From contig JBJEWD010000007.1 in the NCBI GenBank assembly GCA_051884875.1, positions 9,538 to 73,537 on the forward strand: 64,000 nt of DNA. The letters are read 5' to 3'. This DNA is from Kiritimatiellia bacterium (lineage in GTDB: Bacteria; Verrucomicrobiota; Kiritimatiellia; RFP12; UBA1067). Each line of letters starts with the position of its first letter. The stretch's first letter is position 1. The translations under genes and the position numbers were made by a program. Positions 27,401-37,167 of this stretch are shown in pieces. Below the pieces are notes generated by a model. The model did not search any database, was not told the DNA's origin, and saw nothing but the letters and a program-made list of their open reading frames with translations.

Positions 27401-30400
27401 ACACCACCGTGAGGAGGTACTCGACGTAGTTGCAGAGTCCGTCGCCGTCGGGATCGTCGAAGGCGTCGTATTCGGCAACGTCGTAGAAGTTCTCCCACCA
27501 GTCGGCGATGAGATCGCCGTCGCTGTCGACCGTCGACTGGTAGGTCGAGTTCTGCGTGCCCGAACCGGCGCCGTTCGGCATGACGCCATGGTAGAGATCG
27601 AGCCGGTAGGCGTCGGCGGCCGTCATTTTGCGGCCGTTGTAGACGACCTCGGTGTCCCAGCTGAGGTCATCGCCCGTGTAGTAGCCCTGCTCCTTCGCGT
27701 ACCGCTCCCACCAGTCGGGGAGGCCGTCCGCGTCGGAGTCGCTGCCGGTGTACTCCCAGAGGTCGGCGGCCGCGCCGTCCCACAGCTCGTCGCAGGTCTT
27801 CGCAAACGCGCCGCCGAGCGGCACGAGTTCGCTCGTGCCGAGGAAGCTGTTGCGGACCTGGAATTCGGCACGCTTCATGAGGATTTCACCCACGCCCGTG
27901 ACTTCGAACAGACGGGCGGCCTGGTTGAGATGGAACATGCGATCCATGTTGTAGACGTAGCCCTGGTACGGCAGCGCCGTGTTCGGGAAGGTGAATTTCT
28001 GCAGACCCACGGCGGACGGCAGCACGTACCCCGCGCTCATGTTCTCGCCATAGTAGGGCGAATCGACCGCCGCGCCGTCAAGCGCCGGCAGCCGCGCGAC
28101 CGAGTTCTCGATCCACGGCACGACGCGGTAGTCCTTATAGACCGTGCTCTTCTGGACGCATTCGTTCCACCAGCCGATCGCGAGCGTACCGTCCGCCGTC
28201 GTGAGGGCGTCGCCACCCTTGAGCGCGAACCGGTCCGGATAGAGGCCCGCCACGTCCTCGTCGAGCGCCGCCTGGCCGATCGTGTTCTGCACGAAGCCCA
28301 CCGGCGTCTGGGCGACGTCCGCCGCGTTCAGCGCGCCCGGCAGGGTCGAGAAGTCGTAGTGCATCACGAGTTCCGGCGGCAGCGTGGGATTGCCGTCGTT
28401 GTTGTTGCGCGTGCCGTCCTGATACCAGGAGCGGAAGACCTCCTCGCGGTTCTCGGAGATGGCCGTGTAGTCCATGCGCTTCCGGTAGTCCGCCGCGATT
28501 TCGTCCTCGGTGCGCGCGCCGTCCCAGACGCGGACCTCGTCGATGTAGCCCTTGAAGAACTCGCGGACTTCCTCATCGGCCGTCTTGAGGCCCGCGAAGT
28601 CCATGGTCGCATCCTTCTGCGGCCGGGCGCCGATGAAGAACGACACCGGCTCGGCCTCGTAGGACGCCACCGGGAAGTTGTTCGTATTCCCCCAGCCGAT
28701 GTCCTGCATCACCTGCGTCACGCCGTTCGCCGGAATGAGCGTCGTCTCCGCGTAGTTGACGCGCTTGCCGTCGACGAACAGCTTGAGCACCGCGCCGTCA
28801 TACGAGAGGGCGACGTGCGACCACGCGCCGAGCGGCAGCGCCGCGAGGCTGTCGATGCGCTGGCAGCTGGTCGGGGCGTTCAGGCCCGACTCAATCGCAT
28901 CGTTGTTGTCGAAGAGACCGTAGACGCGGCCGTCGGCGGCAAGGCCGATGCGGAAGTTCGCGCGGATCGCCCGCTCGTCCTTGGTGTTCGACGCGGCCGC
29001 ATAGGCCACCGAGCGTTCGAGGATCGTCTGCGCGACGCCCGTCCGCTCCGGGCGCACCCAGCACTCGACCGTGAACTGCTTGAAGAGATCCGCGGCCTCG
29101 ACCGGACGGATGTGCGTATCGCGCGACATCGCATAGGAGTCGACGCCGTCGAGATACAGCGCCTGGCGGCGGTACGGATCGTCGTGGCGGAGCGGATCGC
29201 TGACCGCGTTGACGGCCTTGACGATCTCGTGGCCGTCGGGCGAGAAGTCGTTATCCGTGTCGTAGCCCTCGTTCTCCTCGAACGCACAGACGTACGCGAA
29301 TCCGCCGTTGCCCTGGTAGGCGGCCGCCGCATAGTCGTCGCCCGCGACGGACGGGATGAACGGAAGGTTGAGGACGGCCGACGGCGTCTGGTAGTACTGC
29401 GCCGTGTACGATGCCGCCGTCGTGCGCTCCGTGAACCACTGCGGGGTCGGATCCGTATGCATCGGCAGGGGATCCGCCGCGTTCGCGAGGATGCGCTCCT
29501 CGTCGTTGCGGATGCCATCGCCGTCGGCATCGACGAGCGGCCCGCCCATCACCCACGGATGGAGCATCGGGTCGAGCGCCTCGCGGCCGGTCAGCGCATC
29601 CCGGGCCGACGGCGTGAAGCCCATGCGGCCCGCCGCGCCGTTGTAGTCCGGATGCGTCCACTCGTTGAAGAAGCCGTTGAAGGTCGGCCGGCTGTCGCCC
29701 ATCGGCAGGACGAGCGCCGCGTACGTCGCCGAAATGAGGTCGCCCGACTTGCCATCCTCGACCAGACCCGAGTTCGCCGCCGAGTCGGCGGAGGTGCCCA
29801 GAATCGGGTTGAGGCCGTGGAAAAGCTCGTAGTAGTCGTCCATGCCGTCCTGATCGGTATCCGCCATGCGCGGATCCGTCGAGACGTAGCCCGCACAGCC
29901 GCGGGAGATGACGACGGAGCCGATCACCGGGAACTGATAGACCGGGCCGGAGATGATGGCGGCCGTCAGCGACCGATCCCAGTAATGCGCCGGCGACGCG
30001 AGGTAGCCGAGCTGACGCCAGCCTTCCTCCGACCACTTGTACTGGTAGGGGCCCCGCTCCAAAGCCTCCGGCTCGCCGTCCTCCTGCGCCTCGACGGACG
30101 CGAGGAGCTCACCGAGGATCTCATCGGCGTTCGCACCCCAGGCCCCGCGCGCGTTCTGCGCCGTCGCCTCGACGGACGAGGGATCGAACACCACGTAGCC
30201 GAGGAACTGCTGCGTATGCGTATCATCACCCGCCGTGAGCTGACGGCCCATGAGCGGGGTCGTGATGTCGTCGTAACGGAAGTGACGCATCGACTGCACC
30301 AGGTACTCCTGGTAGTTCTGCAGGCCGTCGTGGTCGAAGTCGACGTCGCGCGCCGCGCCCAGGAGCGTGTCATACGACAGACCGCTCTCCGCCGCATCGG

Positions 30401-33400
30401 CGCACGCATCGCCCGGCCAGGTCGCATCCATGCCGCCCATGATGTAGACGCCCTCGCCCGCCGCGCCCGTCAGGCCGTCGGCGATCAGCGTCCCCAACGA
30501 AAGGCTGACGTCCGCCACGATCGAACCGCCGCGCGGCGCCACGGGCGTCAGGCTCGCCAGATCGACCGGAATGCCCGAATGGGCCATTTCCCAGCCGTCC
30601 GGCAGACCGTCCTGATCGGTATCGACCGTGCAGGGGTTCATGCCCGCGCCGCGGATGCAGCAGCTGAGGCCGTCGTCGACGGGCGTGCCGTAGATGAAGC
30701 CCATCTCGCACGGGAGAATCACCTGACCCTCGTAGTAGAACGGCGCCCTCCAGACACCCCCCTCGGAGAGGTCGTCGATGCCGTCGCCGTCCGTATCCGC
30801 GCCGTCCGTATTGCCGCCGGGACCCGTGTAGGTACCCGGATGCGTCGGGAAGAACTTGTTGAACCAGCCCGAATTGTTGCCCGGATGGTGCTGGTAGATC
30901 GACTCGCAGCCCTGATAGGCGTTGCACGAATCGGTACCCGCGTATTCCGACGCGTAGTTGAGCGAATCGCCATCGTAGTCGAGCGGTATGCCGAACGCCG
31001 TCTCCGGCCCGGTCGGCGAGGGCGACACCCGCGGGCTGCGACCGACGTAGAGTTCCCAGCCGTCCGGCACGCCGTCCCCGTCCGTATCGGCGCCATGCGT
31101 CGTCACGGGACGGAAGCCGCTGTTTGCCGCCTGCAGCAGTTCGACGAGAAGTTCGGCGTATTCGGCCTCCTTCGTCTGCCCGTTCTCCTCGGTGGCCGTC
31201 TCGCCGTCCGCCGCCCCGTCCTCGGTGGTCGTCTCATTGTCATTCGCGGCGGGATAGGCCGCCGACGGATTCGTCGTCCCGTTGACGAGGTGGTCGAAGG
31301 GAGTCGGATTGTTCGGCGCCTCCTCCTCCGGCAGACCGTATACCAGACCGTAGTTCTGGCGGTAGACGTAGAGCAGGTATTCGTCGTAGTTGCAGTAGGC
31401 CCTGGTATCGACGGCAAGACCCGTCGTATCCATGGGATTGAGCGCCGTGTTGATCCCCGGATTCCAGCGCGCGGCCACGTAGCCGTCGGACACCGCCGAC
31501 CAGCCCGTGCGCGGATCGAAGCCGAACGCCTGCATGACCTGGTTGTGGACCAGCACGTAGCTGAGGAGGTAGGCCCCCGGACGCACCAGACGCTTGCCGG
31601 CGATATTGATGATCTTCCGCTCGATATCATCGACCATCCTGGAACCCCAGTAGGGCTGATCGTCGTTGAAATGCCACTCGCCGTAGGTCAGCACCGTGCC
31701 ATCCGCCAACCGCTTCGGGATGCAGCGGAACGCATTGACCTTTTTCAGCTTGTCGCCGTCGCCCGCGACAAAATCCATTCCCTCGCCGTAGTCGTAGTCC
31801 ACGCCGAAGGTCAGTCCGTCCGTGATGACGTAGAAGACGGCGTCGGGGTCGTCAACATCCGTCTGATCGCCATCGGGACCATCCATGAGGATGAGGTCGC
31901 CCGACAGGTCATGCAACGCGAAGAAATCGCCGTCGCCATTGCCGCTGCGCGAGACGGTCAGCGGATCCAGGAGATTCATGACCTCCCAGCCGTCGCCCAT
32001 CTGGTCGCCATCGGTATCCCAATGGCAGGGATTCGTGCCGATCGCGAGTTCCTCGAGGTCGGAAAGGCCGTCCTTGTCGAAGTCGGGATCAGCGGCGTAA
32101 TCATCCGCCTCCAGCGTCACGCACGGATTGAAGCGCGCCTCGACCTCCGCGGCGGGGATCTCCTCGCCGTGGAGGACATCGTCGATCGAGAAGCGCGCGA
32201 AGACGTAGCGCTGCGCCGCGCGCGGCTGTCCCAGCGTCGCCGTCTGGGCCGGCACCCACACGTGGGCCTGATACCAGAAGTAGTATTCCCAGCCGTCCGG
32301 GAAGCCGTCGCCGTCGGTATCCTCCATCGTCGGATCCATCCGCGCGAACTCCGGGCCGCTCGGCTCGGGGCTCCACTGGGCGAGCACCGCCGCCGCATCG
32401 GCGTCCGGATTGTAGTCCTCCCCCGTGGCGGCGCGGTAGGCCTTCTGCTCTTCCTCACCGAACTCGAGCTTCGACACCGTGTAGTCGGTCGCGTTCAGCC
32501 CCAGATCGAAGCCGCGCAGTTCCGTGCGCGTATTGAACGCCGGCCCGATCGGCGCATAGCTGGAGCTTCCCGCGTAGACGCCCGGCAGGTAGTCCTCGTC
32601 GGGGTTGCTCTGGGCGAGGTCGTTGAGGTCGGCGGCGGCATCCGTCTCCGCGCCGTAGACGAGACTGAGCAGCTTCCCGCCTTTCCAGGTCTTGATCGCG
32701 AACACATCCGGCACACCGTCCTGGTTGATGTCGCCGAGGTTGTCCGCCACGCGCCATTCCTTCGCGAAGATGGCCTCGACCATCGTATCGATGTAGCTGC
32801 CGTCCTCGGTCTGCTCCGTCGGGAGCATCACCGTACCCGTGCCGGGAGCCGAATTCGGGCGCTCCGGCGCAATCGTGTCGTTGAGCACCGTGCTCGTCAT
32901 GCTGCCCTGCTCGCTCTGGGAATGCTGCAGCCAGCAGTAGAAGTAGGAGTCCCGCTTCTGGTCGTCCCGCGCCGGATCGGGCAGGTAGCGGTAGTAGTTG
33001 CCCGTAACACCGCCCGGACCCGACGACGAGCCCGTGCTGTCCAGCGCGATGTCCCGACCGTCGAGCGTGCCGTTGTCGTCACGTTGCGCCGGATCGTCGT
33101 TCCACTTGTAGCCGAAACCGTAGAGGCTCATGTAGATCTGCTTGGAGCAGTTCCAGCTCAGGCTGAAGTTCTCCGCCGAGGAGAATATCGCGTCCTTGAC
33201 GTAGGTATGGCCCTCGCCGATACCGTCCGCAAGCGCGTACTTCTGGGAAAGCGGCGACGTCGTCGTACCGCCCGACGGCCCGTTCGCGAGGACGTGCAGG
33301 AACTTCGACGGCGTAACCGTGTACATATACGTCCAGGTTTCCTCGCCGCCATCCTTGTCCGAGATGGTCAGCGTGATGATCTGGTCGCCCTGCAGCGAGC

Positions 33401-36400
33401 CGAAGTTCGGCGTGAAGGTATAGGACTGCGGCTCGTCCGGCCCGATGTAGAATTCCAGCGGATTCGTGTGCGCGTCCACCTCCGGCGTCAGCAGACCGGC
33501 GTCGCAGCCCGAGATCGTCACCTTGAAGCCGGGGAACGTCGTGATGCCGTCACGGTCGGCGTCGACGTCATTCTTGATGCCGAACTTGATCGGACGGCTC
33601 GTCGCGAGGCCGCCGGCGACCACCCAGGCGTTCGTCCCGGGAATCGTCACGTTGGTGAACTCCGGCGTCACGTTCTCGACGTAGAACTTCCGGGAATAGG
33701 AGCGGTAGTAGTCCTTCCAGGCGGTACCCGCCACAATCGACTCGGTATCGTTCATGACCTCGGCCGTCACCTCAAATCCCCGGGTGCTGCTCAGCAGCGT
33801 ACCATCCATCTCCTCGATCAGGAGTTCCTGCGCGCCGCCCGTCGTGAAGCTCACGTAGTATTCGTTATCCGCCAGCGGAGCATAGCCGTCTGGCACCGTC
33901 TTGTATTGGTCGTCCAGCTTGAGCAGCCCCGGATTATCCCCGGCTGGCGGTTGGATCGTCACCTTGACGACTATCGTCTCGCCCGTATCCGGGAAGAAGC
34001 TGATTCCGACGGGGATGTGCTGGCGCAGACCGGTCTCAAGGAACGTATCGGTATCCTCAACGCCACCCAGCGTCGTCTGCGGCTGATCGATGATATTCAC
34101 GCTGAACGAAAGGACGTCCTGGGCGAACTTGTTCGCGCCCTCCGTGCGCAGATCCTTGTCCTGCAGCTGGATCTTAATCGTGTAGAGTCCCGCCACCGGG
34201 AAGTTGTATTCCAGCACGCTCGTGTTGATGTCCTTGCCGTCGGCGATCGTCGTATCGGCATCCGGCTCCCATTCCGTCGTATTCTCGTGGCCGATCGTGC
34301 CCGCCGTCACCTGCTTGCCGCCGCGCGAAATCGTGTATTTCCACTTGAAGCCGTGCTTCAGATCGTAATCGACGTCTGCGATGTTCGGCTGAATCTCCTG
34401 GATCTGCCCCTTCGGATACTCGTTGCCCAGCGTACCGCCGTTCTCCACCGGGAAGCCATTCACGAAACCCGGCTCGTTGACGTCGAACGTCGGCTCCTTG
34501 TTGTACACGGCGAGGGTGATCATCGAGGTGCACGGAAAGCCCGATACCTGCTCGGCGGGATCCCACGCCGCCTTCCGGCAGAAGACCACGCCGAAATTGT
34601 AGATCGAACCGCCAGCCTGTGCGCTTGCGCCGTCCTGCAGCGTGAAGGAACCGGTGACCGACTTCACACTCGCATTGATGCGCAGACCGAGACTATTGGG
34701 AATCGCCGAACTCATCGCGTTCTCGCGGATGATGCTCTTCGCGCCGGTACCGCCGAACGTGCCGTCGGGGGCGTCGTCGTAGTTGACGAGGAAGGCGTAG
34801 ATGACCTCGCCCGGCGCCTCGCTCAACGTCACCTGGTATTGCGGCATATTGTCCGGATCGCCTTCGATGAAGGTGTTGCTCTCGTTGGTGAGTTCAACCA
34901 TCGAACTGCGGGCCGCCGACACCGTCACCGTGAAAGTCGTGGACTCGCTCGTCAGCTTGCGGATCGGCGAGGTGACCTTGACCGAGACGCTGTAGTCGCC
35001 GCTCGCGAGCGTGGCGGGGATCGTGATCTTCGGAAGGACCGTTTGGTCGTCCTTGCCGACGAGTGTGTAGCCGTCGCCCTGCGGTACGAAGGTCGTCGCC
35101 TGCGTCTGCTTCTGGCCGTTGAACGTCACTTCCACCGTATAGCCCGTATCCTCATCGTCCATGTCGGCGTAGGTGTCGTTGATCGCGATCTCGAGTTCGA
35201 GGTCTTCGCCCGCCGTCGCCGAAAGCGTCGTCTCGGCCGTCGGCGAGGTGATGAGCGGCTTGTTGGCGTCGATGTAGAGGCCCGTCGAGCCGAGCGCCGT
35301 GATGCCGGCGGCGGCCATCGCATCCGCATCGGCCTCCACCTTGAACTGGAGCTGATGCCCCGTGCCCAGCGTGTAGGCCCGCTCGGAACGGAGCGCGTAG
35401 ACGTAGAGGTACTTCCGCTCGGTCGACCCCTTCAGGAACGTCACGGTCGGAGGCACGATCCCCTCCGGCAGCGTTTCCAGCGAATCGTCCGTGCTGAAGC
35501 GGACGTAATTGCCCCAATCGGTCTTCCCGCTGTCGGCCTGGAAGACGGGCTGGACCGTGACCGTAATGTCATTCGTCGGGGCCTGGGTCGGGTAGAGCGA
35601 CAGACGGGTCACCGCCGTCAGATAGGCCTCGTCGACCATCGTGGGCGCATAGACGGTGGCGTCGTCGCGCGCGATCGAAATCGTCGCGGGCAGCGGCTCG
35701 ATGCACTGCACCGGCACGGTGATGTAATCGGTGAGGCGTGCGCCGGTGGAGGCTGAATAATTGTAGTTCGTCCACGAACTCAGCACGAGCTCGGCCCTGC
35801 CGTCACTAGCCGCACCGCCCGTCTGGGAGACGCCCTCGATCTGGAAGTTCGCCGACTGCTGGCCGCCGGCGATCGTGATCTCGCCCATGATCACCTCCGC
35901 CGTGGTCGTCGGGTTGCTGCCGATCGTCAGGGTGCGCTTCGTGCCGCCTTTGATCTTGACGGCGCTTTCGTCGGTCGACCACACGTAGAGCGTGACGGCG
36001 TTCGTAACCGGCGCCGTCACCACGAGCGACGGCGTCTGGCCGATGGTGATCGACGACTTCTCGTGGACGGAACGCCAGAGCTCATCATCCGCCCCCTCTT
36101 CAACCTCCCAGTCGTCGTCGAAGTCGACCGTCTGCACGTAGAAGCCGCACTTCTCAAGCGAATAGTCGCGGCGGCGAGTGCCGCCTTCCGGCGGACTTAC
36201 GGGCTTCACGGGCGTGTCCAGGAACCAGAGGTTGGCCGTCTGGCCGGCGTCATTGACGATCTGCCATTTGCCGGTACGGGCGGGATTCAGATGGTAGGAG
36301 AACCCCGTATCGGTATCGGTCGCCGGCTGAACCGCATTGCTGGCGTCGTTGACGGCCAGAACGATCGGCAGGGCGTAGTCGCCGGGCCGCGTCGTGTACG

Positions 36401-36779
36401 CGAAGATGAGATCCGTAAAGCCATCATCCTCCCGCGTCACGTCCTCGACGAGATCCGCATAGCGCAGTTCGCCCGAGACGTAGATGCCGATCTGCAGCGG
36501 CTGCAGCGCCAGGGCCACCTCCTTGTCGTACACCGGCGATGTCGTCTCCAGCCGCCAGACCGAGTCCGTCACCGTGCGCTGCATGAGGCGCACGTTGAAA
36601 TAGACGGTCTCGCCCGACGTCAGAGGGCTCGCGATCGTTGCATAGGGATCGTGCTGGCCTCCCACCGCCGTACAGGGGCGGATTTCGTAGATGTCGCCGT
36701 CGGTGGCGGCATACGCGGAAATCCCCGCGGCAAAGCCTGCGACGAGGAGAACGAATTTGAGGATTTTGCTCTTGATCAT
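24447..36779 (-). CDS. giant secreted protein A (4,110 aa): Ig-like N-terminal repeats, FG-GAP/VCBS-like segment, at least 12 TSP3-type Ca-binding repeats, LamG domain, C-terminal beta-sandwich repeats
   Basis: The start is the ATG at 36779 (MIKSKILKFVLLVAGFAAGISAYA) with AAGGGGA upstream. TSP3-like motifs span about nt 27160-32335: DTDGDGFPDGWEYYFW, DFDKDGLSDLEE..WDTDGDQMGDGWE, DTDGDGVPDGWELY, DTDQDGLPDGWEM, DTDQDGMDDYYE, DADGDGIRNDEE, DSDADGLPDWWE and DPDGDGLCNYVEY. The LamG domain lies at about 28465-29085 (FTVECWVRPE...IDEVRVWDGARTEDEIAADY). Confidence 0.9.
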   Translation of the reverse strand: MIKSKILKFVLLVAGFAAGISAYAATDGDIYEIRPCTAVGGQHDPYATIASPLTSGETVYFNVRLMQRTVTDSVWRLETTSPVYDKEVALALQPLQIGIYVSGELRYADLVEDVTREDDGFTDLIFAYTTRPGDYALPIVLAVNDASNAVQPATDTDTGFSYHLNPARTGKWQIVNDAGQTANLWFLDTPVKPVSPPEGGTRRRDYSLEKCGFYVQTVDFDDDWEVEEGADDELWRSVHEKSSITIGQTPSLVVTAPVTNAVTLYVWSTDESAVKIKGGTKRTLTIGSNPTTTAEVIMGEITIAGGQQSANFQIEGVSQTGGAASDGRAELVLSSWTNYNYSASTGARLTDYITVPVQCIEPLPATISIARDDATVYAPTMVDEAYLTAVTRLSLYPTQAPTNDITVTVQPVFQADSGKTDWGNYVRFSTDDSLETLPEGIVPPTVTFLKGSTERKYLYVYALRSERAYTLGTGHQLQFKVEADADAMAAAGITALGSTGLYIDANKPLITSPTAETTLSATAGEDLELEIAINDTYADMDDEDTGYTVEVTFNGQKQTQATTFVPQGDGYTLVGKDDQTVLPKITIPATLASGDYSVSVKVTSPIRKLTSESTTFTVTVSAARSSMVELTNESNTFIEGDPDNMPQYQVTLSEAPGEVIYAFLVNYDDAPDGTFGGTGAKSIIRENAMSSAIPNSLGLRINASVKSVTGSFTLQDGASAQAGGSIYNFGVVFCRKAAWDPAEQVSGFPCTSMITLAVYNKEPTFDVNEPGFVNGFPVENGGTLGNEYPKGQIQEIQPNIADVDYDLKHGFKWKYTISRGGKQVTAGTIGHENTTEWEPDADTTIADGKDINTSVLEYNFPVAGLYTIKIQLQDKDLRTEGANKFAQDVLSFSVNIIDQPQTTLGGVEDTDTFLETGLRQHIPVGISFFPDTGETIVVKVTIQPPAGDNPGLLKLDDQYKTVPDGYAPLADNEYYVSFTTGGAQELLIEEMDGTLLSSTRGFEVTAEVMNDTESIVAGTAWKDYYRSYSRKFYVENVTPEFTNVTIPGTNAWVVAGGLATSRPIKFGIKNDVDADRDGITTFPGFKVTISGCDAGLLTPEVDAHTNPLEFYIGPDEPQSYTFTPNFGSLQGDQIITLTISDKDGGEETWTYMYTVTPSKFLHVLANGPSGGTTTSPLSQKYALADGIGEGHTYVKDAIFSSAENFSLSWNCSKQIYMSLYGFGYKWNDDPAQRDDNGTLDGRDIALDSTGSSSGPGGVTGNYYRYLPDPARDDQKRDSYFYCWLQHSQSEQGSMTSTVLNDTIAPERPNSAPGTGTVMLPTEQTEDGSYIDTMVEAIFAKEWRVADNLGDINQDGVPDVFAIKTWKGGKLLSLVYGAETDAAADLNDLAQSNPDEDYLPGVYAGSSSYAPIGPAFNTRTELRGFDLGLNATDYTVSKLEFGEEEQKAYRAATGEDYNPDADAAAVLAQWSPEPSGPEFARMDPTMEDTDGDGFPDGWEYYFWYQAHVWVPAQTATLGQPRAAQRYVFARFSIDDVLHGEEIPAAEVEARFNPCVTLEADDYAADPDFDKDGLSDLEELAIGTNPCHWDTDGDQMGDGWEVMNLLDPLTVSRSGNGDGDFFALHDLSGDLILMDGPDGDQTDVDDPDAVFYVITDGLTFGVDYDYGEGMDFVAGDGDKLKKVNAFRCIPKRLADGTVLTYGEWHFNDDQPYWGSRMVDDIERKIINIAGKRLVRPGAYLLSYVLVHNQVMQAFGFDPRTGWSAVSDGYVAARWNPGINTALNPMDTTGLAVDTRAYCNYDEYLLYVYRQNYGLVYGLPEEEAPNNPTPFDHLVNGTTNPSAAYPAANDNETTTEDGAADGETATEENGQTKEAEYAELLVELLQAANSGFRPVTTHGADTDGDGVPDGWELYVGRSPRVSPSPTGPETAFGIPLDYDGDSLNYASEYAGTDSCNAYQGCESIYQHHPGNNSGWFNKFFPTHPGTYTGPGGNTDGADTDGDGIDDLSEGGVWRAPFYYEGQVILPCEMGFIYGTPVDDGLSCCIRGAGMNPCTVDTDQDGLPDGWEMAHSGIPVDLASLTPVAPRGGSIVADVSLSLGTLIADGLTGAAGEGVYIMGGMDATWPGDACADAAESGLSYDTLLGAARDVDFDHDGLQNYQEYLVQSMRHFRYDDITTPLMGRQLTAGDDTHTQQFLGYVVFDPSSVEATAQNARGAWGANADEILGELLASVEAQEDGEPEALERGPYQYKWSEEGWRQLGYLASPAHYWDRSLTAAIISGPVYQFPVIGSVVISRGCAGYVSTDPRMADTDQDGMDDYYELFHGLNPILGTSADSAANSGLVEDGKSGDLISATYAALVLPMGDSRPTFNGFFNEWTHPDYNGAAGRMGFTPSARDALTGREALDPMLHPWVMGGPLVDADGDGIRNDEERILANAADPLPMHTDPTPQWFTERTTAASYTAQYYQTPSAVLNLPFIPSVAGDDYAAAAYQGNGGFAYVCAFEENEGYDTDNDFSPDGHEIVKAVNAVSDPLRHDDPYRRQALYLDGVDSYAMSRDTHIRPVEAADLFKQFTVECWVRPERTGVAQTILERSVAYAAASNTKDERAIRANFRIGLAADGRVYGLFDNNDAIESGLNAPTSCQRIDSLAALPLGAWSHVALSYDGAVLKLFVDGKRVNYAETTLIPANGVTQVMQDIGWGNTNNFPVASYEAEPVSFFIGARPQKDATMDFAGLKTADEEVREFFKGYIDEVRVWDGARTEDEIAADYRKRMDYTAISENREEVFRSWYQDGTRNNNDGNPTLPPELVMHYDFSTLPGALNAADVAQTPVGFVQNTIGQAALDEDVAGLYPDRFALKGGDALTTADGTLAIGWWNECVQKSTVYKDYRVVPWIENSVARLPALDGAAVDSPYYGENMSAGYVLPSAVGLQKFTFPNTALPYQGYVYNMDRMFHLNQAARLFEVTGVGEILMKRAEFQVRNSFLGTSELVPLGGAFAKTCDELWDGAAADLWEYTGSDSDADGLPDWWERYAKEQGYYTGDDLSWDTEVVYNGRKMTAADAYRLDLYHGVMPNGAGSGTQNSTYQSTVDSDGDLIADWWENFYDVAEYDAFDDPDGDGLCNYVEYLLTVVFDAGVPFDPLDAYSANPNELDYFFKIGQLYVGEIFTDHDMMRDTLEDSWGASYASRFAWDREQDADEDGWSNFAEASYNDFSANIMANYASHVVGDTEIKDLPIPTLNLRLRYNGSQLLAGGSTDNGGGNSGTEDANTLAPIVVQTYTRPDAVVADAVYNIQPGEATQNTVHLGAWSDRVVSGTLTPGYVNAGSFTLEYAMVDRNDNYTFRINDLTPLSPEYAAAYPAGLYRGSYEDYMGFLDMFGPTYVELQSSEFAWNTFTDAAAITVTQDESGQNGYICRFGERIGTINLMTGSFRMNLEPLKDIAATNTSASVSLAQSVLRITYDSVVPKLQSNKLDLYLGEAQTGYVKEGKNMIVAFYDLDGNGKYTAGEPMGCAVGVDVGWNRAAAEIELTDTSPIITRADLLTGTSDRKENYGTDDGDYYNLIEGELSGGNYQRLRVVRTLINGWGVNEISGEDSALNRVLVDRWVELDQRSFFFEGDVLLSGEFDIDWSTFDEVAKVMSAAKMDPTNITYRIVLGNGSISTADTNNLFSLCTVRHFDAKSLRNRPIALTPGSASSGSEGSVIYGSHPTFTWKMENGATSYTAFQVQVLDGATVVWDSGTRRAPARNDAGVYTFEADAFVGDELENEKNYTWRVAMYNAKFQTPLWSQESLVFRMNTPTSGFGYGAIPVCVRYFGPTVTEADICVEAFVSPDFSGTPAARTTVADVSSVGRTNAVHAANATLIGLAPGTYYVRAYVDLTKYGTSRVRDSWEAWGYACPRERDLDLPYVATAVEVENVTGEFKTVEVYIEDVDTNGNAVPDTWEIVKNGGTLSNGAENLDDTLVTMYPVATSFGSVASASGPMAEAMRAYLNRCFGSLDVAALVMDVPVASLSVSSTGSIIVEGEVAALDITGIALEDGRLTLKVSAQSETAADGLGVYDIVSEVNCTVCYKTSLDQTEWTELGTTKVSVGGEAVSVSLDGVAGDSAFFKVVVEKVGE

Positions 36780-36783
36780 GATC

Positions 36784-37167
36784 TTATTTCCCCTTCTTCT
36801 GAAGCTTTTCAGCGTTGGCATCCGAATCCTGCCGCATCTGCTGGCTCACGAGCAACATGGATTCGGCGCGGTTCTGCTCGAATTTCCTGACGACGGCCTT
36901 CACCGCGTTGGAAAAGGCAACGAGTTCTTCGCCCGTCTTGCCCTCCGCCTCGGCCTTCTTGAGCGCCTGACGCGCGGCCTCCATCTCGCGCATGATCGCC
37001 TTGCGCTTGTCGATCTGCTTCTCCAGTTTGCCGACGTATTCCTTGTCGTGCATGCGCCTGACCACCGGATCCATGCCGGACCCGGTTTCGTCCCCGGCGG
37101 GCGAATCCCCGCCGCATCCGGCGAGGAAAAAGGCCGACAGGGCCGCCATTACCATCGTCTTATTCAT
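36784..37167 (-). CDS. small helical lipoprotein (127 aa) between the two giant genes
   Basis: The sequence starts MNKTMVMAALSAFFLAGCGGD, with lipobox LAGC. The rest is Lys/Glu-rich and predicted helical. Its ATG overlaps the stop of giant gene B by 8 nt (ATGAATAA), and it ends 4 nt before the start of giant gene A. Confidence 0.75.
   Translation of the reverse strand: MNKTMVMAALSAFFLAGCGGDSPAGDETGSGMDPVVRRMHDKEYVGKLEKQIDKRKAIMREMEAARQALKKAEAEGKTGEELVAFSNAVKAVVRKFEQNRAESMLLVSQQMRQDSDANAEKLQKKGK

Noticed and set aside
24195-35756. A 3,853-aa plus-strand ORF, the second longest in the track
   Set aside because: It is the codon-aligned antisense frame of giant gene A. Its product is Arg/Val/Asp/Ala/His-rich low-information sequence with no motifs, signal or plausible start context. 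The minus-strand frame has clear domains, a signal peptide, an SD and GC3 bias. I treat it as a shadow ORF of a GC3-rich gene; the codon-avoidance oddity is reported separately as a finding.
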